Source: an uncultured delta proteobacterium
GTDB taxonomy: Bacteria > Desulfobacterota > Binatia > UBA9968
Reading direction: 5' to 3'
Assembly (NCBI GenBank): GCA_963771465.1
Contig: CAVYTU010000009.1
Coordinates: forward strand, 237,743-301,742
Length of the DNA stretch: 64,000 nucleotides
Notes under the pieces: generated by a model
What the model was told of the DNA's origin: nothing
The model's database searches: none
The model's input: the letters and a program-made list of their open reading frames with translations, nothing else
Program-made: the position numbers and the translations under genes
Part shown: positions 25,321-34,381 of the stretch, one piece after another
How the letters are laid out: each line of letters starts with the position of its first letter
How positions within the stretch are numbered: the stretch's first letter is position 1

Positions 25321-26412
25321 TTAACCCACGACATACCGAGTCAATTCCCGACTAAATTCCAACCCCAGTCCGGGCTTTGTCGGCACGACCAATTCGCCGT
25401 TCATCGGCACTGGCACTTCTTCGAAAAGCCGGAACGACCACGGCATGTATTCGACCGTCAGTCCGTTGGGAATCGCCGAAATCAAATGGACGTGAATCTC
25501 CGGCAGCAGATGACTCACCACGGGAAGATTGAACGCTTCCGCCAGCGCCGCGACTTTCATCCAGTTGGAAATACCACCGACGCGGATCAGATCGATCATG
25601 ATGATATCGGCCGAGTGCGCTTCGATCGTATGGCGAAATGGCGTGATGCCGTACAAACACTCGCCGCTCGCCAAGGGCGTTGCCAGCGCGTCGGCGACCC
25701 GCGCTAAACCGGCATAATCGTCATGCACGGTGACGTCTTCGAGCCAAAAAAAATGCACGTCTTCCACCCGCTTACCGATATCGATGGCCTGATTCACCGA
25801 CCAGCGTTGATTGATATCGCACATGAGATCGACATCGGGCCCGACCGCTTCGCGCGTCAGGCGCGCGCGTTCGGCTTCCTGCGCCGGCGTGATGTCGCCG
25901 GGCAAGGCCATCTGGGTCTTCATCTGTTTGAAACCGCGCTCGACCAGCGTCCGGCAAGACTTGAGCAAGTGATCCAGCGAGTAACTGCGCACCAGCGCGC
26001 CGCTGGCGTAGGTCGGCACCCGTTCGCGCAGTCCGCCGAGCATCGCCGAGAGCGATTGGCCGAGAAACTTGCCTTTGATGTCCCACAGCGCCATGTCGAT
26101 GCCGGCAATCGCCAGAGTGAGAATGCCGCCCGGGCCCGCGCTGGCGCCGGCGTTACGTAATTTTTGTGTCAACGCTTCGATGCGCAGCGGATCATCGCCA
26201 ACGATCATTGCGCCCAGTTCATCGATCGCATGTTTGAGCGTGCCGCTCAGGGCGCCGCCGAAGAATGCCGCGCCGATGCCCTCGATACCGTCTTCGGTGT
26301 CGATCCGAACTGTGACGAACATGTTATGCGCCCGCCCCGAAGGCGGCCCATCGGCGAGCGGCTCGTCCACCGGCAAGCGAACGATTTGCGAGCGAATACC
26401 TTTGATCTTCAT
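25321..26412 (-). CDS. Mandelate racemase/muconate lactonizing enzyme family
   Basis: IDMALWDIKGK, LMCDINQ, WLED, ASGE, KPGLG. Confidence 0.92.
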   Translation of the reverse strand: MKIKGIRSQIVRLPVDEPLADGPPSGRAHNMFVTVRIDTEDGIEGIGAAFFGGALSGTLKHAIDELGAMIVGDDPLRIEALTQKLRNAGASAGPGGILTLAIAGIDMALWDIKGKFLGQSLSAMLGGLRERVPTYASGALVRSYSLDHLLKSCRTLVERGFKQMKTQMALPGDITPAQEAERARLTREAVGPDVDLMCDINQRWSVNQAIDIGKRVEDVHFFWLEDVTVHDDYAGLARVADALATPLASGECLYGITPFRHTIEAHSADIIMIDLIRVGGISNWMKVAALAEAFNLPVVSHLLPEIHVHLISAIPNGLTVEYMPWSFRLFEEVPVPMNGELVVPTKPGLGLEFSRELTRYVVG

Positions 26413-26512
26413 GCGAACTCCGTAGTTATAGCGACGTCCACGTTACCGCGCAGCCGCATCCCACACCTTAGCAAATTAGGAGCAAGACCATGACGACACG
26501 ACGAACTTTCTT

Positions 26513-27166
26513 GTGATGAAGATAGGCGTAACGGCGCCGTTTTGCTACGATGGCGATGAAAGAAGCAAAACATCCGTGATCGTTGTCTATCAACAACTGC
26601 GCGCGTATTTGTATCGCCTACGCCCTTATTTGACCACTAGTATTGTTCTGTTCAGCGTCGGCGCAGCGATCGGCTTGATACTCATAAACCAATTTCCGCA
26701 CATGACCGATAGCTTGGAAGAATCACTCCACGCCTTCATAAAACAGTTTCGCGGTTTGTCCAAGTTAAAACTTGCCGCGGCGATCTTTTTGAACAACAGC
26801 GTCAAAACATTGGTGGTGATCTTGCTCGGTATATTCTTCGGCATCGTTCCAGCTTTCTTTCTCATCGTCAACGGCGCCGCTCTGGCGGTCGTGCTAACCC
26901 TCTCGACCGAATCACGCGGCATCGGGTTGTCTTTGCTGAGCGTCGTGCCGCATGGCATTTTGGAACTTCCCGCCGTGTTCCTCGGTACCGCCATCGGTCT
27001 CATGTTGGGCGCAATGTTCACGCACAGATTGACCGCGAAATCCGAGATTAGTATCGGCGCAGAGTTTGGCCAAGCGCTGAAATTCTTCGTTATTCTAATT
27101 GTGCCACTGCTAATGGTCGCCGCGCTGGTTGAAGCCTACGTCACGTCGGCGCTGCTCGGGCACTAA
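26513..27166 (+). CDS. SpoIIM/DUF95 family membrane protein (start may be ~26576)
   Basis: IFLNNS, NG, PHGILELPA, AALVEAYVT. Confidence 0.85.
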   Translation: MMKIGVTAPFCYDGDERSKTSVIVVYQQLRAYLYRLRPYLTTSIVLFSVGAAIGLILINQFPHMTDSLEESLHAFIKQFRGLSKLKLAAAIFLNNSVKTLVVILLGIFFGIVPAFFLIVNGAALAVVLTLSTESRGIGLSLLSVVPHGILELPAVFLGTAIGLMLGAMFTHRLTAKSEISIGAEFGQALKFFVILIVPLLMVAALVEAYVTSALLGH

Positions 27167-27173
27167 AAGTAAT

Positions 27174-27593
27174 TTAAAGCATGCGCAGCGCATGATGCCG
27201 TACGAGCAAGTCGGTCATCTCAGCCAACCGCGCGGCGGTGTATTCCGGTCCATCGGGTAGATTGCCCCACACTGGCGCCGGCCAGCAGGGATCGTTTGGC
27301 CTTCTGCCGACGACATGCAAGTGCAACTGCGGCACGACGTTACCGATGGCGGCAAAGTTAACTTTGGGATAACCAAGATGGTGTTTGATGAATTGCGAAA
27401 TGATCCCCGCTTCATGAGTCGCTTCGCTTCTCTGCGGCTGCGGCAAATCAAATAAGTCCATTAGATTGGTCTCCGGAACTAAAATAAACCAGGGCAGCAG
27501 AGCATTCTTATTGAGCAAGACGTGACAGCAATCGAATCGGCCAAGCCGATGGCAGTCGGCGAGCAGCTGAGGATGGAGTTCGAATATCGGCAT
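27174..27593 (-). CDS. HIT family protein
   Basis: FELHPQLLAD, NFAAIGNVVPQLHLHVVGR, WPAPVWG. Confidence 0.9.
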   Translation of the reverse strand: MPIFELHPQLLADCHRLGRFDCCHVLLNKNALLPWFILVPETNLMDLFDLPQPQRSEATHEAGIISQFIKHHLGYPKVNFAAIGNVVPQLHLHVVGRRPNDPCWPAPVWGNLPDGPEYTAARLAEMTDLLVRHHALRML

Positions 27594-27615
27594 GGCTACG
27601 TTGTCATAACGGACT

Positions 27616-28794
27616 TTATTTCGCATCCCTGGCGCAGCGAAAACCAATGCTATCGTCACGGTGTTGCGGCGGCGCGTGCATGCGCTTAGTTGCCGTTACG
27701 CGCTCCGGCGGATCGTACCAACCGCCGCCGCGCAGCACTCTTGCGCTGCCGCTATTGGGTCCTTTAGGATTACGAACATCAGCGCGGGGAAAACTTTCGC
27801 CGAACCAGTCGGCCACCCACTCCCACACGTTGCCCGAAAGATCGTCGATGCCAAAGGGACTGGTTCCTTTAGGATGACTACCCACCGGCGCAACGCCGTC
27901 TTTGTAAACGGGGTTTTCATAAGCCTTGAGAAATCTCGCGCGCTCATCGCTCGGTGGGTCATTGCCCCATGGAAACTTTCGTTCGTCGTTGCCGCGCGCG
28001 GCCTTTTCCCATTCAGCCTCGGTGGGCAAACGCCGGCCGCTCCACTGGCAATAGCTTTGCGCGTCCTGCCAGTCGACACCGACAACCGGTAGCTCGGCAG
28101 CGATTGTGAGATCGACCGTATCCCACTCTTGCGGGAGTTTGACATTGCCGCTGGCCTTGGAGAAAGCGGCGTAGCGCGCCACGGTGACTTCGTATTTGTC
28201 CAAGTAAAATGCGTCGACGAAAATTTCCCGGCGCGGCGACTCTTCGCCATCTCCCATAATAAATACGCCGCTGGGAATCAGGACCGCCGGCGCGCCGTCT
28301 GTACCGACGACTGCATTTTTCGACTGGCCGTTGATCGCGTAGAAAAGCGCTCCGCAGATCGCCAGAATAGCGGCCGCAGCGCAAACATACTTGAGCCTTC
28401 TGCGCCGCCGCACAGCGGCGATGCGATGCACTTCGGCTGCCACCGCGGCAGGCAGGTTGCCGTCCGATTCGAGAAATGTCACAGCCTTTAGCGCGGCGGG
28501 CAGTTGGCCGACATCCAACTTGCCGAGCGCCACCGGCAACCGCCTGACGCTGGCTTTCTCGGCGATGTCGAGTTCGGTCAGTGTGTAACTGCCGGCATCG
28601 ATGGCGTTGGGGCTTATTAAAAACAGAAAAAGCTGCGAGTCCTCAATCGCCGCGCGAATGCGATTGTGAAACTCCTCGCCCGCTGGTAAGTCGGTGCGGT
28701 CAAAAAATACTTTATGTCCCTGGTCGCGCAGCGCCAGATAGATAGCTTGTGCCGGCTCGCGGTCTTGGGAGGCGTAACTGAGAAAGATTTTCAT
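27616..28794 (-). CDS. TIR domain - TM - FGE-sulfatase (SUMF1) domain protein
   Basis: KIFLSYASQD...VFFD...YTLTEL; RLPTEAEWEKAARG, GNVWEW, GFRCA. Confidence 0.9.
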   Translation of the reverse strand: MKIFLSYASQDREPAQAIYLALRDQGHKVFFDRTDLPAGEEFHNRIRAAIEDSQLFLFLISPNAIDAGSYTLTELDIAEKASVRRLPVALGKLDVGQLPAALKAVTFLESDGNLPAAVAAEVHRIAAVRRRRRLKYVCAAAAILAICGALFYAINGQSKNAVVGTDGAPAVLIPSGVFIMGDGEESPRREIFVDAFYLDKYEVTVARYAAFSKASGNVKLPQEWDTVDLTIAAELPVVGVDWQDAQSYCQWSGRRLPTEAEWEKAARGNDERKFPWGNDPPSDERARFLKAYENPVYKDGVAPVGSHPKGTSPFGIDDLSGNVWEWVADWFGESFPRADVRNPKGPNSGSARVLRGGGWYDPPERVTATKRMHAPPQHRDDSIGFRCARDAK

Positions 28795-28801
28795 CGGCTC
28801 G

Positions 28802-29278
28802 CTACCTTCTTACCCGATAAGACCCAAGCAACAGCAAGATTCCGATCACACTCGATAGCCAATAATCGGCCGGCAGCGCGCCCCACCAGTGTTTGTGCCA
28901 GGGAATATGAGCGGCGCCAAACTTGCGCCATCCGAACGCGGGATTGAGAGTGAACCAGAGCGCGTCTTCGATCACCCAGAAGAGCATGATCGTGCCGATG
29001 ATGCGCGCCTCCATGCGCCACGACCAACGGCCGCGCAGGAATATTGGGGTGTGAAACACCAGAGCCATGAATGGAAAGACCCAGGCGTGATAGCCGGTCA
29101 TCGCTCGGCCACTCCAAAAAGTATCGAGCAGCCAATGATTCTCGATCCGCCAGGTCGGTAAATTCACCGCCCAACCGGCCGGACCTTCGATCTGAATTTC
29201 CACTTGGGCAAAAAAGAACGCCGACAGAAAAATCCATCCAAGCAAGAGCCAGGGACGTGACCAACGCGGGAACTTCAT
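28802..29278 (-). CDS. Hypothetical Trp-rich membrane protein
   Basis: EIQIEGPAGWA..LPTWR, TGYH, EDALWF; overlaps the glycosyltransferase stop. Confidence 0.7.
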   Translation of the reverse strand: MKFPRWSRPWLLLGWIFLSAFFFAQVEIQIEGPAGWAVNLPTWRIENHWLLDTFWSGRAMTGYHAWVFPFMALVFHTPIFLRGRWSWRMEARIIGTIMLFWVIEDALWFTLNPAFGWRKFGAAHIPWHKHWWGALPADYWLSSVIGILLLLGSYRVRR

Positions 29279-30408
29279 CGGCGATCGTGGAGCACATGAT
29301 GCAACACGGCGCGCGCTGCCTCGGGATGACCGAGGGCGTGCATGTTAGCGCGCATGCGCGCGAGGCGCTCCGGGTGAGCCAACAATTGACCCAGCTTATA
29401 CTCCAGCGCGACGGCGTCATGGGCTTTGAGCGCGACACCGTGTTCCATCAAGTAGTCGGCGTTGCGTTCCTCTTGTCCGGGAATGGGTGCGATCAATACC
29501 ATCGGCAGCCCGACGGCGAGACATTCCGAAACGGTCAAGCCACCGGGTTTGGTAACGGCAAGATCGGCGCACGCCATCACCCGCTCGATGGTCGTGGTGA
29601 AACCCAACGGCAACAGCCGCTCCGGATAATCCCTTGCGATCGCCCGATAACTCGCCAACAACTTGTTGTTGCGCCCAGCAAGGGCGACAATCTGAAAGTC
29701 CTGCGCCAGTCCGAGCAATTTCTCAATCAACGATTCGCTGCCGCCGATTCCCGCCCCGCCGGTCATCAACAGCAATGTCGTTTTGCCCGGCGCGATACCG
29801 AGCTCATTCGCGCATTTCCGGCGATCGAGCTTTTGGCTAAACACCGGCATGATCGGGATGCCGGTCACGACGACGTTTTCTTTGGCAATACCGTGCGCGC
29901 GCATGCGAAACGCGATCTCGTCGCTCGCCGCGAAGTAGCCGCGCATGCCCGCTTGAATCCACAGCCGATGCAGATCGAAGTCGGTGACCTGCACCCAGAC
30001 CGGCGGCACGGCGCGGCCTCTGCGGATATCGTGCGCGAGTAACTCCGCGGGTAAAAAGTGGGTGCAGATAATGTGCTCCGGCGCGAAGTTTCGCGCGGCG
30101 TCGCGTAATGGGCGCGTGTTCAGCCGCTCAATCGCCCGGCGCATCTTGGCGAACAGCGCGTCACGCGGCATTTTATCCGAGGCATGATAAAGATAAGCCC
30201 ACACCGCCGGATGGCGTTCGACGATCTTGAGGTAATAGTCGGCATAGAGCGCGCGAAAGCTCGATGGCACTAAAGTCATCACATCGAGATGCTCGACCGC
30301 AACATCGGCAAAGCTGATCGACGCCACGGCGCGCAAAGCCTCCGCCGCCCGCGTGTGACCGGCTCCGGCGGACACGCTAAGAAGCAAAATACGCCGAGAG
30401 CGATTCAT
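29275..30408 (-). CDS. MGDG synthase/UgtP-like diacylglycerol glycosyltransferase
   Basis: SAGAGH..AA, ICTHF, VTDF, TKPGGLT, PIPGQEERNA. Confidence 0.9.
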   Translation of the reverse strand: MNRSRRILLLSVSAGAGHTRAAEALRAVASISFADVAVEHLDVMTLVPSSFRALYADYYLKIVERHPAVWAYLYHASDKMPRDALFAKMRRAIERLNTRPLRDAARNFAPEHIICTHFLPAELLAHDIRRGRAVPPVWVQVTDFDLHRLWIQAGMRGYFAASDEIAFRMRAHGIAKENVVVTGIPIMPVFSQKLDRRKCANELGIAPGKTTLLLMTGGAGIGGSESLIEKLLGLAQDFQIVALAGRNNKLLASYRAIARDYPERLLPLGFTTTIERVMACADLAVTKPGGLTVSECLAVGLPMVLIAPIPGQEERNADYLMEHGVALKAHDAVALEYKLGQLLAHPERLARMRANMHALGHPEAARAVLHHVLHDRR

Positions 30409-30488
30409 CGAGAATTTTAAAGCCCACGAGAGTCGTAAAGGGTTTTGGCTAAACGGTTGGCTGATCGTGGCATCATCGAACGGGCACA

Positions 30489-31553
30489 TCAGCGCTTCTT
30501 GTCCTCGGGCAGAGCGCCAGCCCACAGCTCTTTCATAAAGCCGCTCTTTTCCAAATGCTCGACGAACGTGTTGTCGAACACTTCAGCCGGCTTACGCCGG
30601 ATCGCCGTGCCGTCTTCGCGCGCGAGGTCAATCGTCTCGGCGACCATCTTTGCCGGTACGATCATGCGCCGGTTGATCAAGCGCTTGGCATAGGCATCGT
30701 ACGCGGACTGCAGTGTATCGGCCTCATTGATTCGTAGCGTTTTCCCCACCGAAGCCATGCCCAGTTCGGGATTTTTCTCGACCAGGTAAATCGACTCGGC
30801 CAGCGCCGCCACCACTTTTTGGATCAGCGCCGGCTTTTCTTTGAAGGTCTTGGCGTTGGTGAACAGCGAACTGTAAATAAACGGAAAGCCAAGATCATTG
30901 AGGCTGTAAATGACGTTGAAGCCGTCTTTCTTGCCGCGCGCGTCGAGGGGCGGTTGAATCAACGTGGCTTGAAAGACATCCTGCACCAGCGCAGTGTAGC
31001 GCTCCGTCGGCGTGCCACCCACCGTGGCGAGAGTCACTTCCTTTTCGCTGAGATTGTGTTTTTTGAGAAACGCCTTGGCGAGCTTATAGGGAAAGTCGCC
31101 GGGCCGGGTCACACCGATGCTTTTCCCTTTCAGATCCGCCGGACGTTTGATGTCCTTGCGCGCCAACACAACATAGGGCAGTCCGACCAGCGGCGAAGCG
31201 ATCAGCTTGCCGTCCATGCCGGTGGCGATGCGCACGATGTTCGCGTCGGCATTGCAGTAGAGAAAACTAATTTCATCGGCGGCCAACGCTGCGGCCGCGA
31301 CCGCGCCGCCGCGCACCACGACATGCTCGGCATGGACGCCGTATTTGTCGAACAGTTTGTTATCGAGGGCGGCGTATAAATGAATAAAGCCGCCGGTCAC
31401 CGCGCAGGTGCCAATGCGCACTCGCACCGCCGGCTCGCCCGGCTTGGCGAGGTAAGGATTGGCATGAGTTATCGCGACGAATAGCGCGCCTATCATTACC
31501 TGCAGGCAAATATTGAAAAGATACTTTACGATATCGGCAGCGAGTATCGCCAT
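30489..31553 (-). CDS. ABC transporter substrate-binding protein (NMT1/SsuA-like)
   Basis: LFDKYGV, DLKGKSIGVTRPG. Confidence 0.85.
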   Translation of the reverse strand: MAILAADIVKYLFNICLQVMIGALFVAITHANPYLAKPGEPAVRVRIGTCAVTGGFIHLYAALDNKLFDKYGVHAEHVVVRGGAVAAAALAADEISFLYCNADANIVRIATGMDGKLIASPLVGLPYVVLARKDIKRPADLKGKSIGVTRPGDFPYKLAKAFLKKHNLSEKEVTLATVGGTPTERYTALVQDVFQATLIQPPLDARGKKDGFNVIYSLNDLGFPFIYSSLFTNAKTFKEKPALIQKVVAALAESIYLVEKNPELGMASVGKTLRINEADTLQSAYDAYAKRLINRRMIVPAKMVAETIDLAREDGTAIRRKPAEVFDNTFVEHLEKSGFMKELWAGALPEDKKR

Positions 31554-31588
31554 GTAAAACTCCACAAGCGTCAGGCACTAATAGATGC

Positions 31589-32779
31589 CTAACGGCGCGT
31601 CAGTTTTATCGACAGTGCCTGGTGATCGCCAATCATGTTGTAAACACCGGTCATTGTCCGGCTACTTTCATCAATAGTCGCTGTCAACGTGGCCGTACCA
31701 ATAGCTATTTCGTCCGGTCCGGTGACCAAATTCATGAGTAGATTTAGCTCACGTCCGTTTAGCGCACCTGTTCCCTTCAACCGGCTGATCGTCACGATTG
31801 GCCCTTTAGTCGCCGCTGCGATCTTATTCATCGCTTTAATACTCGGATGATCCGCGGCTTGAAAACGCTCGGTCGTGGCTTTTACATTGATGCCGGCTTG
31901 CGTAATGGTGAAAGGTAACCACGGACCTTGTCCAACGACCTCGACATTCCACACGCCATTCAAATCGATGCTGGCGGGCGCTGCGGCTGTCGTTAACGAG
32001 GTTGCCGAGTTAAGTTCCACTCCGCGCGCCAAGAAGTGCAACACCTGCCAACTGCAAAGCAACATCAAAACCAACGCAGATACCCTAACGCTGCGCGTAG
32101 CGCTTTTGAGCATGCGCCATGCATACCAGCATATCCCCAGTGGCATAAGTCCGACCACGGTGGCCCCAATATAGTCGTCGCTAGAAAAAGTACCGTCATT
32201 TATGGCGATCAACTCTAATCCCAAAAGCACCAGGAACGCTGCCACCGCTACCGACAGCCAGCGCCTAACGCGAACCTGCGGTGGTGCGCCAAACGTCGAA
32301 CGCCAGTCGGGGTCTCGGACTTTGAAGCCAAAGCGAATCAAATCATCGACCAAACGCGGCAGATCGTAACTCCAGTCTTCACTACGCAGTTTGAGGGCAT
32401 GACGTGACGTCAGTGGCCGCAAGCCCTCTGGCAATGATTCCGCTGCTGGCATATTCACGCTCTCGACCAATAGAGGAATGATTTGAGCGCCGGATTCGAG
32501 TGCAGTTAATAATTCGTCCCGCACGGGGTCATCAAGGCGTTCAATGCGCCGGTCCGCACCCACGAGCGCGCCGAAATAATCTGGAGTGATGAGTGCCAGC
32601 ACGACGGGCTTACTGCCCAGGGCAGCCACTATCTCGTCGTGCCAGGACGATCCACCCTTCAAGTCCTGTTTGTCCAAAAATACCTGATTGTCGCCGAACA
32701 CACGGTTCAAATCGACGGCAAGCCGATTGGCATCCTTGCGGCCGTCGGAGTTGCGATAACTAATGAAAATACGTTTCAT
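31589..32779 (-). CDS. TIR domain membrane protein
   Basis: IFISYRNSD...VFLDKQDL...DDPVRDEL, three TM segments, C-terminal LNGVW beta domain. Confidence 0.85.
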   Translation of the reverse strand: MKRIFISYRNSDGRKDANRLAVDLNRVFGDNQVFLDKQDLKGGSSWHDEIVAALGSKPVVLALITPDYFGALVGADRRIERLDDPVRDELLTALESGAQIIPLLVESVNMPAAESLPEGLRPLTSRHALKLRSEDWSYDLPRLVDDLIRFGFKVRDPDWRSTFGAPPQVRVRRWLSVAVAAFLVLLGLELIAINDGTFSSDDYIGATVVGLMPLGICWYAWRMLKSATRSVRVSALVLMLLCSWQVLHFLARGVELNSATSLTTAAAPASIDLNGVWNVEVVGQGPWLPFTITQAGINVKATTERFQAADHPSIKAMNKIAAATKGPIVTISRLKGTGALNGRELNLLMNLVTGPDEIAIGTATLTATIDESSRTMTGVYNMIGDHQALSIKLTRR

Positions 32780-32864
32780 CGATCCCAATCACGACCCACT
32801 ACAGACAATCATTGAAACTGTAACTCAAAAAAACTTTCTTAGGTCCCACAGACAGCACCCTAGG

Positions 32865-32943
32865 CGTTAATTACCCGATATCGGACTCACTCAGCGAGGG
32901 CATTCTTGCACTTCGGAGCGATCATGAGTGACCCGCGTTAACG
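32865..32943 (-). repeat. Possible decayed attC remnant
   Basis: Outer cgttaat/gttaacg and inner tcactca/tgagtga inverted repeats in the DAHP synthase-TIR intergenic region; spacing atypical. Confidence 0.35.
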
Positions 32944-33002
32944 GCTCTCGCTGCCGGCGGCGGTCAACTTCGAATTGAAAGATCGCGCGACCGAACAACT
33001 CG

Positions 33003-34076
33003 CTAATTGCCGCGCCGCGGCAAAATCTCCTTCAGCATTTCCCGTGCCTTCAGTATGGCCGTTTTCGTAGTCGACCAATCGATGCACGGGTCGGTGATCG
33101 AGCAGCCGTATTTGAGTTTTGCTAAGTCGTCGGGGATCGGCTGGTTGCCGCCTTCGATATTACTTTCGATCATCAAGCCGACGATGGACGTATTGCCGTC
33201 GCGGATTTGGTGCACGCAGTCCGCCAGCACCAAAGGTTGCACGTAAGGATCTTTTGCCGAGTTGGCGTGTGAACAGTCGACGACAATGTTCGGTGCGAAC
33301 TTGGCGTTGGTCAGCGCTTTCTCGGCCAACGCGATGCTCACCGTGTCATAGTTGGGATGGCCATCGCCGCCACGCAGCACGAGATGGCCATAACGATTGC
33401 CACGGGTGCGCACGATCGACGAGCGCCCTTGAGCGCTGATACCGAGAAAACTATGGGAATGCGCGGCGGATTTGATACCGTTGATCGCCGCGTCGATGTT
33501 GCCATCGGTGCCGTTTTTAAATCCCACCGGCGTCGATAGTCCGGACGCCATCTCGCGGTGCGTCTGCGACTCCGAAGTGCGCGCGCCGATCGCCGTCCAA
33601 GATATCAGGTCGCCCAAATATTGCGGCGTGATCGGGTCGAGCGCTTCGGTTGCCGTCGGCAGACCGATCTCGGTCACGCTCAGCAAAAACCGGCGCGCCT
33701 TCTCAATGCCCTCCTCAATGTGGAAAGAATCATCCATGCGCGGATCGTTGATGAAGCCCTTCCACCCGACCGAGGTGCGCGGCTTCTCGAAATAGACCCG
33801 CATGACTAAATATAGAGTGTCGCGCACTTCTTCGGCGAGCCGGGTCAGCCGCTGGGCATAATCGTACCCGGCAATCGAATCGTGGATCGAGCAGGGACCA
33901 ACGACGAGGAAGACGCGCGGGTCCAGGCGGTCGAGAATCCGTTGGATAGTGGCGCGGCCTTCGAAGACGGTTTCCGCCGCTTGATTTGAAATCGGCACAC
34001 GCGTGTGAATTTCTTCCGGCGACGGCATCACATCCAGCGCCGCGATATTCAAGTTTTCTAATGGACGGTAGGCCAT
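33003..34076 (-). CDS. Class I DAHP synthase (AroF/G/H-like)
   Basis: GPCSIHD, RVYFEKPRT..GWKG, AIGART, GFKNGT, DCSHANS, YGCSITDPC; AGGGAG RBS. Confidence 0.95.
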   Translation of the reverse strand: MAYRPLENLNIAALDVMPSPEEIHTRVPISNQAAETVFEGRATIQRILDRLDPRVFLVVGPCSIHDSIAGYDYAQRLTRLAEEVRDTLYLVMRVYFEKPRTSVGWKGFINDPRMDDSFHIEEGIEKARRFLLSVTEIGLPTATEALDPITPQYLGDLISWTAIGARTSESQTHREMASGLSTPVGFKNGTDGNIDAAINGIKSAAHSHSFLGISAQGRSSIVRTRGNRYGHLVLRGGDGHPNYDTVSIALAEKALTNAKFAPNIVVDCSHANSAKDPYVQPLVLADCVHQIRDGNTSIVGLMIESNIEGGNQPIPDDLAKLKYGCSITDPCIDWSTTKTAILKAREMLKEILPRRGN

Positions 34077-34126
34077 ATACTCCCTGTTTCGATCGAGAAA
34101 ATCTCCCACAGCCGTCGCACGACTGG

Positions 34127-34135
34127 ATTATAACA
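34127..34135 (-). promoter_or_regulatory. Extended -10 promoter for the DAHP synthase gene
   Basis: TGTTATAAT on the minus strand, ~50 bp upstream of the ATG. Confidence 0.6.
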
Positions 34136-34140
34136 TGCGG

Positions 34141-34289
34141 AGCATGAGGTCGGAATCGCAATAGCCAGGGCTAACAAAATGGCGTCCTAGGCGAACGAAC
34201 TGCTGACGGCGCCGTAAAGTAATGGGCGATTGATCGGGCGAGTTGGGCGTTGGCGCTTCTCTTGGCTCGTGAACCACCAGTGCCATGCT
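34141..34289 (+). ncRNA. Candidate structured ncRNA, family unknown
   Basis: Nested helices with G-U pairs that work only on the plus strand, followed by a weak hairpin and T-run at ~34291-34320. Confidence 0.35.
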
Positions 34290-34381
34290 AATCCCTCTTT
34301 TGATTCGGGACTTTTTTGTTTGGTCGTCGCCGCTGCCGGCATTCATGCGACTTAGGCGAGCCTACCGGCCGCGGGCGACGC

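Noticed and set aside
29071-30042. Long plus-strand ORFs (e.g. 29071..30042, 43132..43908, 42433..43065)
   Set aside because: They are antisense shadows of well-supported minus-strand genes in GC-rich DNA, or cross an attC.
34080-34330. Phe/Tyr/Trp attenuator leader for DAHP synthase
   Set aside because: No aromatic-rich leader peptide or minus-strand terminator; the likely promoter lies downstream of this region.
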